Positions 1 to 9,439 of a DNA stretch of 32,000 nt are shown piece by piece. The notes under the pieces were generated by a model. That model ran no database searches. It was not told the origin of the DNA and saw nothing but the letters and a program-made list of their open reading frames with translations. A program made the translations under genes and the position numbers. The DNA comes from Nostoc sp. PCC 7120 = FACHB-418 (GTDB lineage: Bacteria; Cyanobacteriota; Cyanobacteriia; Cyanobacteriales; Nostocaceae): the NCBI RefSeq assembly GCF_000009705.1, contig NC_003272.1, positions 3,660,001 to 3,692,000 on the forward strand, written 5' to 3'. Numbering within the stretch: position 1 is the first letter of the stretch; each line of letters starts with the position of its first letter.

Positions 1-110
1 TCAATGTTCAGTGTTCAGTAACAGTACCTGTCTGAGAGATATCTTACAAAAGTTATAGCCCATTAGATTCACACAAATTAGCTGTCACTAGGCCAATTAT
101 CCAGATTTTC

Positions 111-794
111 ATGAGTAGCGAAATCCAACTCAGCCTCTTTAACGAAGAATCAAACTTTAACCAACAAGATTTGATTCCCAAGGATGCCAAAATTCCCATT
201 CCACCCGGAACGTATACCAATATGACCGAGTTGGCACAGCATTGTAATCAGTGCCAGCGTTGTGAATTGGGTAGCACCCGTACCCATGCTGTGGTCGGCA
301 GAGGTAACCTCAAAGCACCTATTATGGTCGTTGGAGAAGCACCTGGTCAAAATGAAGACGAAACAGGCCTGCCTTTTGTCGGTAGATCAGGGCAGTTGCT
401 AGATAAAATCTTAGCATCAGTGGATTTGACTACTGAGCATGATGTTTATATTGCTAACATTAATAAGTGCCGACCACCTGATAATCGAGTTCCTACCCCT
501 AATGAAATGGCGGCTTGTTTACCATATTTATTAGAACAAATACGCCTTGTTAACCCCAAAATCATTTTGCTCACAGGTGCAACCGCCGTCAAAGGACTTA
601 CTGGTGATAAACGCGGCATTACAAAGATTCGCGGCCAGTGGATAGAGTGGGCAGGACATTTATGTATGCCCATTTTCCACCCCTCTTATTTATTGCGTAA
701 CCCTTCTAAGGAGCAAGGTAGTCCTAAATGGTTAATGTGGCAAGATATACGAGCAGTACGCACTAAGTACGATGAAATACGGGAAAGCAATTGA
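111..794 (+). CDS. Uracil-DNA glycosylase, family 4
   Basis: 227-aa ORF with the family-4 UDG motifs GEAPGQNED and HPSYLLRNP. An N-terminal Cys cluster (CNQCQRCELG) is typical of the Fe-S containing family-4 enzymes. Confidence 0.9.
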   Translation: MSSEIQLSLFNEESNFNQQDLIPKDAKIPIPPGTYTNMTELAQHCNQCQRCELGSTRTHAVVGRGNLKAPIMVVGEAPGQNEDETGLPFVGRSGQLLDKILASVDLTTEHDVYIANINKCRPPDNRVPTPNEMAACLPYLLEQIRLVNPKIILLTGATAVKGLTGDKRGITKIRGQWIEWAGHLCMPIFHPSYLLRNPSKEQGSPKWLMWQDIRAVRTKYDEIRESN

Positions 795-893
795 ATTAAA
801 AAGCTTTCTTCGTATTCGGCTAATTGCTGACGATATGGTTACTTTGCTGGGTAATAGGTAATTGTTTTTTACTATTATTTATGGCGCTACGCG

Positions 894-912
894 TGTCAGT
901 TGTCAGTTGTTG
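894..912. repeat. Heptamer tandem repeat (TGTCAGT x2 plus a partial unit), STRR-like
   Basis: Direct reading gives tgtcagt tgtcagt tgttg, in an intergenic position. Confidence 0.7.
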
Positions 913-1017
913 AAAGGATATAGTTTAATACCCCATCCCAAGAGTGGGTGGTTTGTAGGCGTTTTCTTGAAAAGTTGCTCCTCTTGGGTAGAACCCAAGA
1001 CCGCACTTTTCGCTTTG

Positions 1018-1040
1018 CTACTGACTACTGACTACTGACA
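1018..1040. repeat. Heptamer tandem repeat (CTGACTA x3), STRR-like
   Basis: Direct reading gives cta ctgacta ctgacta ctgaca. Short tandemly repeated heptamers are characteristic of heterocystous cyanobacteria. Confidence 0.8.
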
Positions 1041-1045
1041 AACAC

Positions 1046-1071
1046 TCCATCCCCTTATGGGTGGATTTTTT
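1046..1071 (+). terminator. Terminator-like hairpin TCCATCCC-N5-GGGTGGA followed by T6
   Basis: An 8-bp stem (one G-U pair) and 5-nt loop are followed by tttttt. The same hairpin family recurs at about 940-965 and, on the other strand, at 30771-30798. It lies 250 nt after the UDG stop, so its assignment to that gene is uncertain. Confidence 0.4.
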
Positions 1072-1405
1072 ATTTCTTTAGCCATAGATAACTCACGATT
1101 CAATCTAAAAACTATTCATATTTCATTAGTAATTAAAATAATAAGATCATTACGAATATTGTTGTTAATCTCTACTTTTCCTCTAATAAACTCGTGTTTT
1201 TCATTTCATCTTCTGGTGATAATCAAATGTTCTGTTTCAGGAAATATTTCTTTGGGTAGTAGAGTTATTACCTGAAAAAGCAAGATGGTTAGCAGTAGGA
1301 GGTGAAAATGGGTCAACTCATGAGCCAAGAGGCAACGGACAAGCTGTTATCGATATCGCCCAATCTCATAACGACACGAATCTGGCACGATTTGAGGGTA
1401 ATGCG

Positions 1406-1633
1406 GTGCAAAAAACCGTCGAGCAAGTGGGTTTAGCAAAATTGGTTGAGTCGAATGTGCGTTTCACACGCGCCAACATTGAAGGTCGAAAAACTCTACT
1501 TTGTGTAATTTATGTGCAGCATCAACCGCACGTTACAGCATCTAGTGAAGAAATTAGCGATCGCCTCACCCAAGATATTCAAACTCAATTATTAAACCAA
1601 GATTTTAATATCACACCTTTCAAATGCCTGTGA
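1406..1633 (+). CDS. Hypothetical protein; start unresolved and possibly a gene remnant
   Basis: 75-aa ORF with a GTG start. The same frame is open back to 1223 with no ATG, GTG or TTG. A strong SD plus ATG at 1308 sits in another frame. No family was recognised. Confidence 0.3.
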   Translation: MQKTVEQVGLAKLVESNVRFTRANIEGRKTLLCVIYVQHQPHVTASSEEISDRLTQDIQTQLLNQDFNITPFKCL

Positions 1634-1773
1634 AGATTGTTTACTGAAATTAGCGATCGCTCCTCATAGACCTTCCTATATCGAAAGCAACCTAATAGTT
1701 ATTTCTCCCCTTGCTTACCATACTTTTTCACATAAGTCTTGATCTAAAAACCAAAATTAAATGAGGAAAGTTC

Positions 1774-2766
1774 ATGAATGCAGAAATCTCCACAGCGTGG
1801 GATAAGGTTCAAAGCATGATCAACGGTTTCATTGCTTTGCTACCCAATATGGCCTTAGCGTTGATTGTCTTTCTAATATTTTTGTTTGTTGCTAGCAGAA
1901 TTAAGGCACTAGTCAAGCGATTAACTCGCAATCGTCGTTCTGCACGGAATCTGGGATTAGTGTTAGGAAGATTAGCGCAAGGTGTAACAATTTTGATTGG
2001 GTTGTTTATCGCCCTTTCCATTGTGATCCCCACATTTAGAGCAGGTGATTTGGTGCAACTGTTGGGAATTAGTGGTGTTGCCATTGGTTTTGCCTTCCGC
2101 GATATTCTGCAAAACTTCCTCTCTGGGATTTTAATTCTGCTAACTGAACCTTTTCAAATCGATGACCAAATTGTATTTAAAGGCTTTGAGGGGACTGTAG
2201 AGAATATCGAGACACGGGCAACGACAATTAGAACTTATGACGGTCGGCGGATTGTTATTCCTAACTCTGAGTTATTTACTAATTCGGTAACTGTTAACAC
2301 TGCCTTTGATAGCCGTAGATTAGAGTACGATGTCGGTATTGGCTATGGCGATGACATGGATCTAGCCAAGCATTTGATGTTAAATGCAGTTCTTAGCATA
2401 GATGAAGTTTTAAAAGATCCTGCGCCTGATGTACTGGCAATGGAACTTGCCGAAAGTACGGTCAATATTCGTGTGCGTTGGTGGATTAAACCACCACGCA
2501 GGGCAGATGATTTATCTTCGCGGGATAAGGTAATCTCTGCAATTAAGAAAACGCTTGTTGCTAACGGTATTGATTTACCCTTCCCAACACAACAAATTCT
2601 ATTTCACGACCAAACCGAAGAGACAGATGGAAACCGCTCCCGTCAGCGTGAAGGTTGGCCAGCCGGGAAAAGCGAAGTACCAAAGCCTCGCCGTGTCAGT
2701 GATTCGCTCAGGTTACTTGCTCAAGCGCGCGCCTCACAAGATGGTAACGGCAAAGTAGATTCTTAA
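1774..2766 (+). CDS. Mechanosensitive ion channel, MscS family
   Basis: 330 aa with N-terminal hydrophobic helices followed by the conserved MscS pore and beta-domain block (GVAIGFAFRDILQNFLSGILILLTEPFQIDD...RIVIPNSELFTNSVTVNT). AGGA lies upstream of the ATG. Confidence 0.9.
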   Translation: MNAEISTAWDKVQSMINGFIALLPNMALALIVFLIFLFVASRIKALVKRLTRNRRSARNLGLVLGRLAQGVTILIGLFIALSIVIPTFRAGDLVQLLGISGVAIGFAFRDILQNFLSGILILLTEPFQIDDQIVFKGFEGTVENIETRATTIRTYDGRRIVIPNSELFTNSVTVNTAFDSRRLEYDVGIGYGDDMDLAKHLMLNAVLSIDEVLKDPAPDVLAMELAESTVNIRVRWWIKPPRRADDLSSRDKVISAIKKTLVANGIDLPFPTQQILFHDQTEETDGNRSRQREGWPAGKSEVPKPRRVSDSLRLLAQARASQDGNGKVDS

Positions 2767-2919
2767 ACTAACGAACGATGAAAAACTTCAAGATTAGCAA
2801 ACAGTGGGATCAACTCCACTCCAGTTATCGTAAATTCAAGGGCTTAAGACCCCTCTCTTACAAAGTTCTGTGACGCTCTCTACGAGACGCTAAAAGCGAA
2901 CGCAGACTCGCTAACGCCA

Positions 2920-3127
2920 GAAGCCGGCGCACCCTGCGGCAATACGGTTCGGATAAGCAAGGGAAGCAGAGGAGGTAGGGGAGGAAAGAAGTTTATTTTC
3001 ATAATTTTTCTCTTCCCCTGCTTCTCTTCTCCCCTTACTTCCCCTGCCTGTCTTAACCAAGAAATCCCTTAACCGAACCGTATTGCACTCTGCGAGAACT
3101 CCTAAAGGCGAAGCCGTAGGCTTCTGA
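2920..3127. repeat. Long imperfect palindrome, MITE-like intergenic element
   Basis: The outer arms are cagaagcc...gcaatacggttcgg (2920-2952) and ccgaaccgtattgc...ggcttctg (3073-3127). The inner arms are gggaagcagagg and cccctgcttctc, around an AT-rich centre. Confidence 0.5.
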
Positions 3128-3269
3128 ATTGTTAATGGTTCATACCAGCAGTTATGGCGGTAGTAGCTACTGCTTTAGCTTTCACCATGCTGAAGATGAC
3201 CGTACAGACAAGGTAGAAATTGATTATTGGTGGGTTTAAACTGGTGGAGTTTTTTGGATTCGTGTCACA

Positions 3270-3788
3270 TCAATGGCGACTGTAATGTGTCAGTATCCAC
3301 AAAGCACACCGTTCCAAAATTACGAGCGCAGCGACAATGCCAACTGCCAAACCAAATAAAACTAGATTGTTTTCATTACCTGCCTTGAGAGCAAAACTTA
3401 ATGAAGTGGCGACGGCGGGTGGATGAACGACATCTAAAAATATCATCAGAACAATTGTTAAAATCATGGCAATTCCAGCTGATAAATACCCAGGCCCTAA
3501 AGTCAAATAAATCAATAAGCCAATTATCGCTGCGAACATTTGAGAGATAATAAGTGTCCTTACTGTATTGGTTCCGTGTTGTGGATCTAAGTAAATCAGA
3601 AAAGAACTGGAAGCAAGAGAAGCAAATAAAAGTCGCTGACGACTAAGCACTTCAACCAATGCTAGCACCGTCAAGATCACCAGCGTTGGCATTGAGGCTA
3701 AAGCAAATTCACCCTTTAAAGTTAATCTACGCCTTTTGCGGTTATTTCCGGGCTTGATAGATTCTAATTCTTTATTTTCGTTCTTCAT
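3270..3788 (-). CDS. HPP family membrane protein
   Basis: 172 aa with about 4 hydrophobic helices and the diagnostic HPP motif (LDVVHPPAVATS). Confidence 0.75.
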   Translation of the reverse strand: MKNENKELESIKPGNNRKRRRLTLKGEFALASMPTLVILTVLALVEVLSRQRLLFASLASSSFLIYLDPQHGTNTVRTLIISQMFAAIIGLLIYLTLGPGYLSAGIAMILTIVLMIFLDVVHPPAVATSLSFALKAGNENNLVLFGLAVGIVAALVILERCALWILTHYSRH

Positions 3789-3956
3789 TCCTCCTTTTTC
3801 TCCTTCCTCATTAGATGTTTCTTAGGATAATCTAATGTTTATCTCTTGACTTCTGTCACTTGACTAACTTCAAAAGTCAGTGTGAATGCTTGACCCATTT
3901 CTTTAGAGGGAAATGCTTCTCAAGACCATTGCTACTTCCACAATCATCATGTCGGT

Positions 3957-4418
3957 TCAAAATACATTTATCCGTCCATCATTGAGTATATAGAGAGAGC
4001 GATGACCTTCGGTCGGTTGGAGACCATTGCCTGGGTAACGCCAAGTAGGGTGAAATTCTACACGTAGAGTGCCAAAGTTTGGTTTAGAAACAACAGCTTG
4101 TAATGGCGCTCCCGTTTCATCCCAAAAAACCAGAGAAAGATTCGGTTGGGAATCTTCCTGTTGGGGAAATTGCAGTTTTTGTTGAGGTTGTAGGTGAATG
4201 GGAGGCGCACCTTGGACTCTTTCTAGTTCGACTAAATTTGATGTCTTATTGATAATTTCTAAGCGAATCCGTTGCCCTGGTGTAAACTGTAGCGGTCGTG
4301 AGCCACATTTAGAAGCACAAGTTCCGGCTAATGTGGTGCTGGGATGGTCTATCGATACCACTAAAACAGTAGCTGCAACCAAGGCAAAAGGCAGTTTCTT
4401 AAACATACTATCCAGCAT
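3957..4418 (-). CDS. Hypothetical secreted protein
   Basis: 153-aa ORF with a signal-peptide-like N-terminus (KKLPFALVAATVLVVS). No recognisable domain. The start may be the second Met, at 4406. Confidence 0.55.
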   Translation of the reverse strand: MLDSMFKKLPFALVAATVLVVSIDHPSTTLAGTCASKCGSRPLQFTPGQRIRLEIINKTSNLVELERVQGAPPIHLQPQQKLQFPQQEDSQPNLSLVFWDETGAPLQAVVSKPNFGTLRVEFHPTWRYPGNGLQPTEGHRSLYILNDGRINVF

Positions 4419-4541
4419 AAATAATTTTGGGTGGCGATCGCCGCGTCAATTTAATAAATTTTCGGCGTTCAGCGACAATACTTATGCAGAATAGTAGCCT
4501 AGTGGAGTGCTATCCAACCTCAGCAAATATCCAGAATTTAC

Positions 4542-5036
4542 TTAAATCATCTCAAACTCTAATTGATGACTTTTGAGAAAATCATGGGTGAAATGATCAA
4601 CCACATTAGTATCAGCAAGTTCTAAATTATAAAAATCTACAACCTCATGGTCAAAATATGGACCGGCGTGCCAAGTCCCCTGATTTAATTTAATAAAACA
4701 ATTCCCTGGAATGCGGAAAGCTGCAATCTCTTCTAACATCGGTATATCTGCATCATTGTGAGGAGGACAAACCGCGATTAACCAATCCTTACCTGCTAGA
4801 GAACCTAAACATTGAGTGCATTGGAGATGGCGAGTAATTTTATGAAACTTCCGACCCCGTTTTTGCAGTTGCATAATATAAAAGCGGGGTGTACCATTCT
4901 GCAAATTTAATTGTGCATCTTCGGCATCAAAAGCTTTATCATCTGAACTAGGAAAAATTACTTGTCCATAACGCGAAAAATTCTCTGATGTTATCCACTC
5001 TACTGTTAATGTTTGGACGGTTTGTGATGTATTCAT
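4542..5036 (-). CDS. Ureidoglycolate lyase (AllA)-like cupin protein
   Basis: 164 aa. FSRYGQVI, ITRHLQCTQCLGSLAGKDWLIAV and GTWHAGPYF align by eye to the AllA blocks F..YGDVI, LERHPLGTQAFIPM and NVWHHPLF. Confidence 0.65.
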   Translation of the reverse strand: MNTSQTVQTLTVEWITSENFSRYGQVIFPSSDDKAFDAEDAQLNLQNGTPRFYIMQLQKRGRKFHKITRHLQCTQCLGSLAGKDWLIAVCPPHNDADIPMLEEIAAFRIPGNCFIKLNQGTWHAGPYFDHEVVDFYNLELADTNVVDHFTHDFLKSHQLEFEMI

Positions 5037-5173
5037 AGAATATTCATGGTAATTGGTAATTGATAATAATTGGAAGCTGATTTAATGTTGTTGGCATAGC
5101 CTACACCGATACAGAAAAAATTAAGATACCCATTGCCCACTACAATCATGGTAAGGTATATTGGACTCCCAAC

Positions 5174-5668
5174 TTATGTAAGTTTAATTAATTCTTTACT
5201 CATTTTGATAACAGGAACTATTACTCCTTTACTCAATTGGTGGGGAGATTTTTCTATAGCATGGAATCCTAAGCGTAAATAAAATCCTTCAGCATAAAGA
5301 CTAGCAGTTGTGATGACTTTATCAACTTTTTGCTGAGTTGCTTGATGAAAAAAATGTTCTACTAAGGCTCGGCCATTTCCTCTACCTTGATAATGAGGAT
5401 GTACATATAAGGCAATTAATTCATCAACAATATAACTAGTAAATCCGACAATGTTATTGCCCTCAACTGCAACCCAGAATGTTTCTGATTTCATCCTTTT
5501 GAGAATATGAGAACCGTCTGGTTTAGACAAATGATTACGCCAAGCTAACAATTCTTGTCGGGTGTAAAAAGTTGCAGGTAGAGCTTTGATAGCAGCAATA
5601 TGAACTGCACTCAGTACCCACGCATCTTGTTTTTCAGCAGGTCTCAAAAATATTCCATTGGCATTCAT
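5174..5668 (-). CDS. GNAT family N-acetyltransferase
   Basis: 164 aa with the acetyl-CoA binding motif YVHPHYQGRGNGRALVEH. Confidence 0.85.
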   Translation of the reverse strand: MNANGIFLRPAEKQDAWVLSAVHIAAIKALPATFYTRQELLAWRNHLSKPDGSHILKRMKSETFWVAVEGNNIVGFTSYIVDELIALYVHPHYQGRGNGRALVEHFFHQATQQKVDKVITTASLYAEGFYLRLGFHAIEKSPHQLSKGVIVPVIKMSKELIKLT

Positions 5669-5741
5669 ACAAAAATTTTACAGTTGAGAGATTACTGCTG
5701 GGACAAGGAGTTGTGTGATCTCACGTTCTAATGTCAGGATA

Positions 5742-6017
5742 TCAAGTTTCTTGAGCCGTGTTTTGCTTTTGGTTAATTATTTGGGCAAATTGTCGTCTGG
5801 TTTCCGGTAAATTTTGACTAGCGGCTTGGACACGCGCCAAAACATCCGCAGGAGTGCTTGGAGGAGAACCGCTATTAATAAGGAGGCTGGGGATTGTATT
5901 TGATTTGTAGTTGAATTTATTGAGCGATCGCCTCTCCAAATCATTGCTTGTAATGAGATTACGGTCAATGACTACCCGTTCTTTCACTACATCCACGGAA
6001 TGGGCAGCAATGATCAT
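5742..6017 (-). CDS. Hypothetical protein
   Basis: 91-aa ORF with no confident family match. An in-frame stop lies 9 nt upstream of the ATG. Confidence 0.3.
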   Translation of the reverse strand: MIIAAHSVDVVKERVVIDRNLITSNDLERRSLNKFNYKSNTIPSLLINSGSPPSTPADVLARVQAASQNLPETRRQFAQIINQKQNTAQET

Positions 6018-6132
6018 TCTTTCTCATCTCTGCTCATCTGTCCACATAGCAAATTCTCACAAAATTAGCAGATTTACCTCTCCTATTGCGCTGTAAACTA
6101 CTTTTACAGGAGTTTAATAGGTAAAAGCAGCC

Positions 6133-6687
6133 TTGGAAAAATTGTTGAAAATATCGAGAATAATTGATGCCTTTACAGAACGCATAGGTCGATATACCAG
6201 TTGGTTGGTGTTAGTCATGGTCATACTAGGCGTGTGGAATGTTGTCGGGCGATATTTAGGCCGCATTAGCGGTAACAACCTCACATCCAACGCTTATATA
6301 GAAGCTCAATGGTATATTTTTGATGTAATTTTCTTCTTAGGGGCTGCTTATACCCTGAAGCATAATGAACACGTCCGCGTTGATATTTTTTATAGTAATT
6401 GGCAACGTCGGCGTAAAGCGATCGCCGACTTTCTCGGAACCATATTTTTTCTCATTCCTTTCAGCATCATAGTGATTTTTGTTTCTTGGGAAACCATTGT
6501 CGCATCATGGCAGATTGGTGAATTATCACCCGATCCAGGTGGGTTGCCCCGCTACCCCATTAAAGCCATGATTATCGTTGGCTTTGTGTTGTTAATTATT
6601 CAAGGAATTTCCCAAGCAATTAAAAATTTAGCAATTATCCAAGGCAGACTAGAACCCCAGGAGGAAAATCATGACACTGGCTTATGA
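6133..6687 (+). CDS. dctQ: TRAP transporter small permease subunit (DctQ family)
   Basis: 184 aa with 4 hydrophobic helices and a TTG start. It overlaps the downstream large permease by 17 nt, as is typical for dctQM. Confidence 0.85.
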   Translation: MEKLLKISRIIDAFTERIGRYTSWLVLVMVILGVWNVVGRYLGRISGNNLTSNAYIEAQWYIFDVIFFLGAAYTLKHNEHVRVDIFYSNWQRRRKAIADFLGTIFFLIPFSIIVIFVSWETIVASWQIGELSPDPGGLPRYPIKAMIIVGFVLLIIQGISQAIKNLAIIQGRLEPQEENHDTGL

Positions 6688-8008
6688 ATGGTTGGGGCCA
6701 GTGATGTTTGCTGGTGCTTTAGTTCTATTATCTTCAGGCTACCCAGTAGCTTTTTCTTTGGGTGGAGTAGCGATTTTATTTGGATTGTTGGGAATTGGTT
6801 TAGGTGTCTTTGACCCTATATTCCTCACAGCCATGCCACAGCGTATTTTCGGCATTATGGCTAATTATACCCTGTTAGCAATCCCTTATTTTATTTTTAT
6901 GGGGGCAATGTTAGAAAAATCTGGCATTGCCGAAAGACTCCTAGAAACAATGGGTATTTTGTTAGGACGCTTGCGTGGTGGACTTGCTTTAGCCGTTGTC
7001 TTAGTAGGCGCATTATTAGCTGCAACCACTGGTGTAGTAGCAGCCACAGTGGTGGCAATGGGTTTGATTTCTCTACCGATTATGCTGCGCTATGGATACA
7101 ACAAAGAATTAGCCACTGGTGTGATTGCTGCATCGGGAACCTTGGGACAAATTATCCCGCCGAGTGTGGTGTTAGTTGTATTAGGTGATCAATTGGGTAT
7201 ATCGGTAGGAGACTTGTTCATTGGTTCCGTGATTCCAGGTTTGATGATGGCAAGTGCTTTTGCCCTTCATGTATTAATTGTGGCTTTCATCAGACCGGAT
7301 GTAGCTCCAGCCTTACCTGCCCAAGTGAGAGAAATCGGTGGTAAAGCCTTGGGAAAAAGGGTGATACAGGTGATGATACCGCCTTTGATACTGATTTTAT
7401 TAGTATTGGGGAGTATCTTTTTTGGCTTTGCTACACCAACAGAAGCAGGTGCAGTAGGTTGTGCTGGGGCGATCGCTCTTGCGGCTGCTAATGGTCAATT
7501 CACTTTAGAATCATTACGCCAAGTCTGCGATACTACCTTACGCATCACTAGTATGGTAGTTTTTATCCTCATTGGCTCCACTGCATTTAGTTTAGTGTTC
7601 CGGGGATTGAACGGCGATCAATTCATGTTCGATGTCCTAGCCAATCTCCCTGGTGGTAAAATCGGCTTTTTGTTTGTCAGCATGACGACAGTATTTCTTT
7701 TGGGCTTTTTCATCGATTTTTTCGAGATTGCCTTTATTGTCATACCTTTATTTGTTCCAGTTGCCCAAAAATTAGGCATTGACTTAGTTTGGTACGGTGT
7801 GATTTTAGGCGCAAATTTGCAAACATCCTTTCTCACACCACCCTTTGGCTTTGCCTTATTTTATTTACGAGGTGTAGCACCACCAGAAGTCACCACATCA
7901 GATATTTATCGCGGTGTCATACCCTTTATTCTCTTGCAACTTTTAGTCCTGCTGTTAATCATTATTTTCCCCGGAATTGTCAGTTTCCTACCATCTTTGG
8001 GAAGTTAA
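6671..8008 (+). CDS. dctM: TRAP transporter large permease subunit (DctM family)
   Basis: 445-aa polytopic membrane protein with DctM-type blocks (IPYFIFMGAMLEKSGIAERL, ASGTLGQIIPPS, LGANLQTSFLTPPFGFALFYL). Confidence 0.92.
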   Translation: MTLAYEWLGPVMFAGALVLLSSGYPVAFSLGGVAILFGLLGIGLGVFDPIFLTAMPQRIFGIMANYTLLAIPYFIFMGAMLEKSGIAERLLETMGILLGRLRGGLALAVVLVGALLAATTGVVAATVVAMGLISLPIMLRYGYNKELATGVIAASGTLGQIIPPSVVLVVLGDQLGISVGDLFIGSVIPGLMMASAFALHVLIVAFIRPDVAPALPAQVREIGGKALGKRVIQVMIPPLILILLVLGSIFFGFATPTEAGAVGCAGAIALAAANGQFTLESLRQVCDTTLRITSMVVFILIGSTAFSLVFRGLNGDQFMFDVLANLPGGKIGFLFVSMTTVFLLGFFIDFFEIAFIVIPLFVPVAQKLGIDLVWYGVILGANLQTSFLTPPFGFALFYLRGVAPPEVTTSDIYRGVIPFILLQLLVLLLIIIFPGIVSFLPSLGS

Positions 8009-8112
8009 AGTATTGGTAATTACGCAGTTTTCTTTTGCATTAAGTACAAGGTTATTAGTTTTAAGGCAGTCCCGATGAAAAAATTTCACAGTCATAGATG
8101 AAAGATATCTTT

Positions 8113-8147
8113 CCCCTACACCCCCACACCCTTACACCCCTATACCC
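8113..8147. repeat. Degenerate 7-8-mer tandem repeat (ACCCCTAC-like), STRR-like
   Basis: Reading gives cccctac acccccac acccttac acccctat accc. The complementary version recurs at 20287-20318. Confidence 0.7.
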
Positions 8148-8164
8148 TCTAAAAAAACTATTAG

Positions 8165-8188
8165 CAACTGACAACTGACTATTGACTA
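8165..8188. repeat. Heptamer tandem repeat (CAACTGA-like)
   Basis: Reading gives caactga caactga ctattga cta, directly abutting the dctP stop. Confidence 0.7.
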
Positions 8189-9273
8189 GAACTAGCAAAA
8201 TTTTCATAGCTCAATTCATTAACCCGATTCCAGGCGAAAATCTGCTTACGGAAGGCTTTCCACTGCTCGTAAACTTGTTTGAAAGCTGCATCTTTACTAG
8301 CATTTTCTTCAAAAATATCAAAAGAAATTTTCTGAGCCGCCTGCATAATTTCTTGACTGTAGGGAACAAGCTTTGTCCCACCTGCTAGTAATCTTGTAAG
8401 CGCTTCTCCATTTAAAGCATCATACTGATTGAGCATCGTTAAGTTAGCTTCTACAGTCGCCGTTTTAAATATTTCCTGATATTCCTTTGGGAGACGATTC
8501 CAAGCATTCAGGTTAACTAATACATCCAAAGTTGGGCCTGGTTCCCACCAACCAGGATAATAGTAAAATTGGGCAGCTTTATTCAGTCCCAGTTTCTCGT
8601 CATCGTAGGGGCCTACCCATTCGGCTGCATCAATTGCACCTCTGTCTAAAGCTAAATAAATTTCGCCTCCTGGTAATACTTGCACATTTACACCTAAACG
8701 GGACATAACTTGTCCGCCTAAGCCCGGAATCCGCATTTTCAAGCCTTTGAGGTCAGAGACAGATTTAATTTCTTTTTTGAACCATCCCCCCATCTGTGCG
8801 CCGGTACTACCAGCCGGAAAATTAATCACATTGAAATTAGCATAAATTTTTTGGATAGCCGCTAGTCCACCACCCTGGTAAAGCCAAGCATACTGTTGTT
8901 GGGCATTTAAACCGAAGGGTACAGAGGTGGCGAAAGCCAAAGCCGGACTTTTACCGATGTAATAGTAACTGGATGTATGACCACATTCCACAGTTCCGGC
9001 TTGTACAGCATCGAGAACTTGCAAACCTGGTACTAATTCCCCCGCCGCAAATGGTGTAATTTTGAAACGCCCGTTGGTCATTTCTGCTACTCTTTTGGCA
9101 ACGGTTTCTGCACCAATAAAAGTTCCTAAAGACTTAGGCCAGCTAGTCGTCATTCGCCAGCGCACGTTTGGTAATCCTGCTTGTACGGAAGATGTATTAG
9201 TTTGGGTACAGGAAACTAAAGCTGTAGTTGCTGTGGCGATCGCAGCAGTATTCAAAACTTCTCGGCGTTTCAT
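8179..9273 (-). CDS. dctP: TRAP transporter substrate-binding protein (DctP family)
   Basis: 364 aa. The N-terminus [22 protein letters not shown] combines a twin-arginine-like motif with a lipobox-like LVSC. The body matches periplasmic TRAP binding proteins ([24 protein letters not shown]). It is convergent with dctQM. Confidence 0.9.
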   Translation of the reverse strand: MKRREVLNTAAIATATTALVSCTQTNTSSVQAGLPNVRWRMTTSWPKSLGTFIGAETVAKRVAEMTNGRFKITPFAAGELVPGLQVLDAVQAGTVECGHTSSYYYIGKSPALAFATSVPFGLNAQQQYAWLYQGGGLAAIQKIYANFNVINFPAGSTGAQMGGWFKKEIKSVSDLKGLKMRIPGLGGQVMSRLGVNVQVLPGGEIYLALDRGAIDAAEWVGPYDDEKLGLNKAAQFYYYPGWWEPGPTLDVLVNLNAWNRLPKEYQEIFKTATVEANLTMLNQYDALNGEALTRLLAGGTKLVPYSQEIMQAAQKISFDIFEENASKDAAFKQVYEQWKAFRKQIFAWNRVNELSYENFASSSQ

Positions 9274-9439
9274 AGTTTGGTGTTAGTTAGGGAAATGACG
9301 TAAATCCAGGCTGATACAGAACTTTATCAGTTTTTTGCCATTTTTTGCTTATTCTTAATTCCATTAAGCGAAAAATATACCAGCTTGGAACTCGACAGAT
9401 GCACCTATAAATACACAACTTTCTAGAATAAGAGACCAT

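Noticed and set aside
1018-1040. Tandem short repeats here and at 894-912, 8113-8188, 20287-20346 and 22205-22236 were considered as a possible CRISPR array or minisatellite system.
   Set aside because: The units are 7-8 nt with no spacers, which is far too short for CRISPR repeats. They fit the STRR heptamer repeats known from heterocystous cyanobacteria.
1057-1275. 72-aa plus-strand ORF in the AT-rich spacer after the UDG gene.
   Set aside because: It has a low-complexity Ile/Leu/Ser-rich translation of AT-rich DNA, begins inside the terminator-like hairpin, and has no SD or homology features.
1404-1420. Possible programmed -1 ribosomal frameshift at the A6 run joining the SD-ATG ORF (1308) to the 1406 frame.
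   Set aside because: The zero-frame context is C AAA AAA C, not a canonical X XXY YYZ heptamer. No downstream stimulatory structure was seen, and neither frame has recognisable homology. A mutation or a mis-set start is more parsimonious.
5742-6017. The N-terminus of the 91-aa ORF (AAHSVDVVKERVVIDRNLITS) resembles the VVxDGNLITS block near the C-terminus of DJ-1/PfpI proteins, which would suggest a truncated remnant.
   Set aside because: The similarity covers about 12 residues only and the rest of the ORF does not continue the family pattern. An in-frame stop lies 9 nt upstream, with no DJ-1-like sequence in other frames that I could see.
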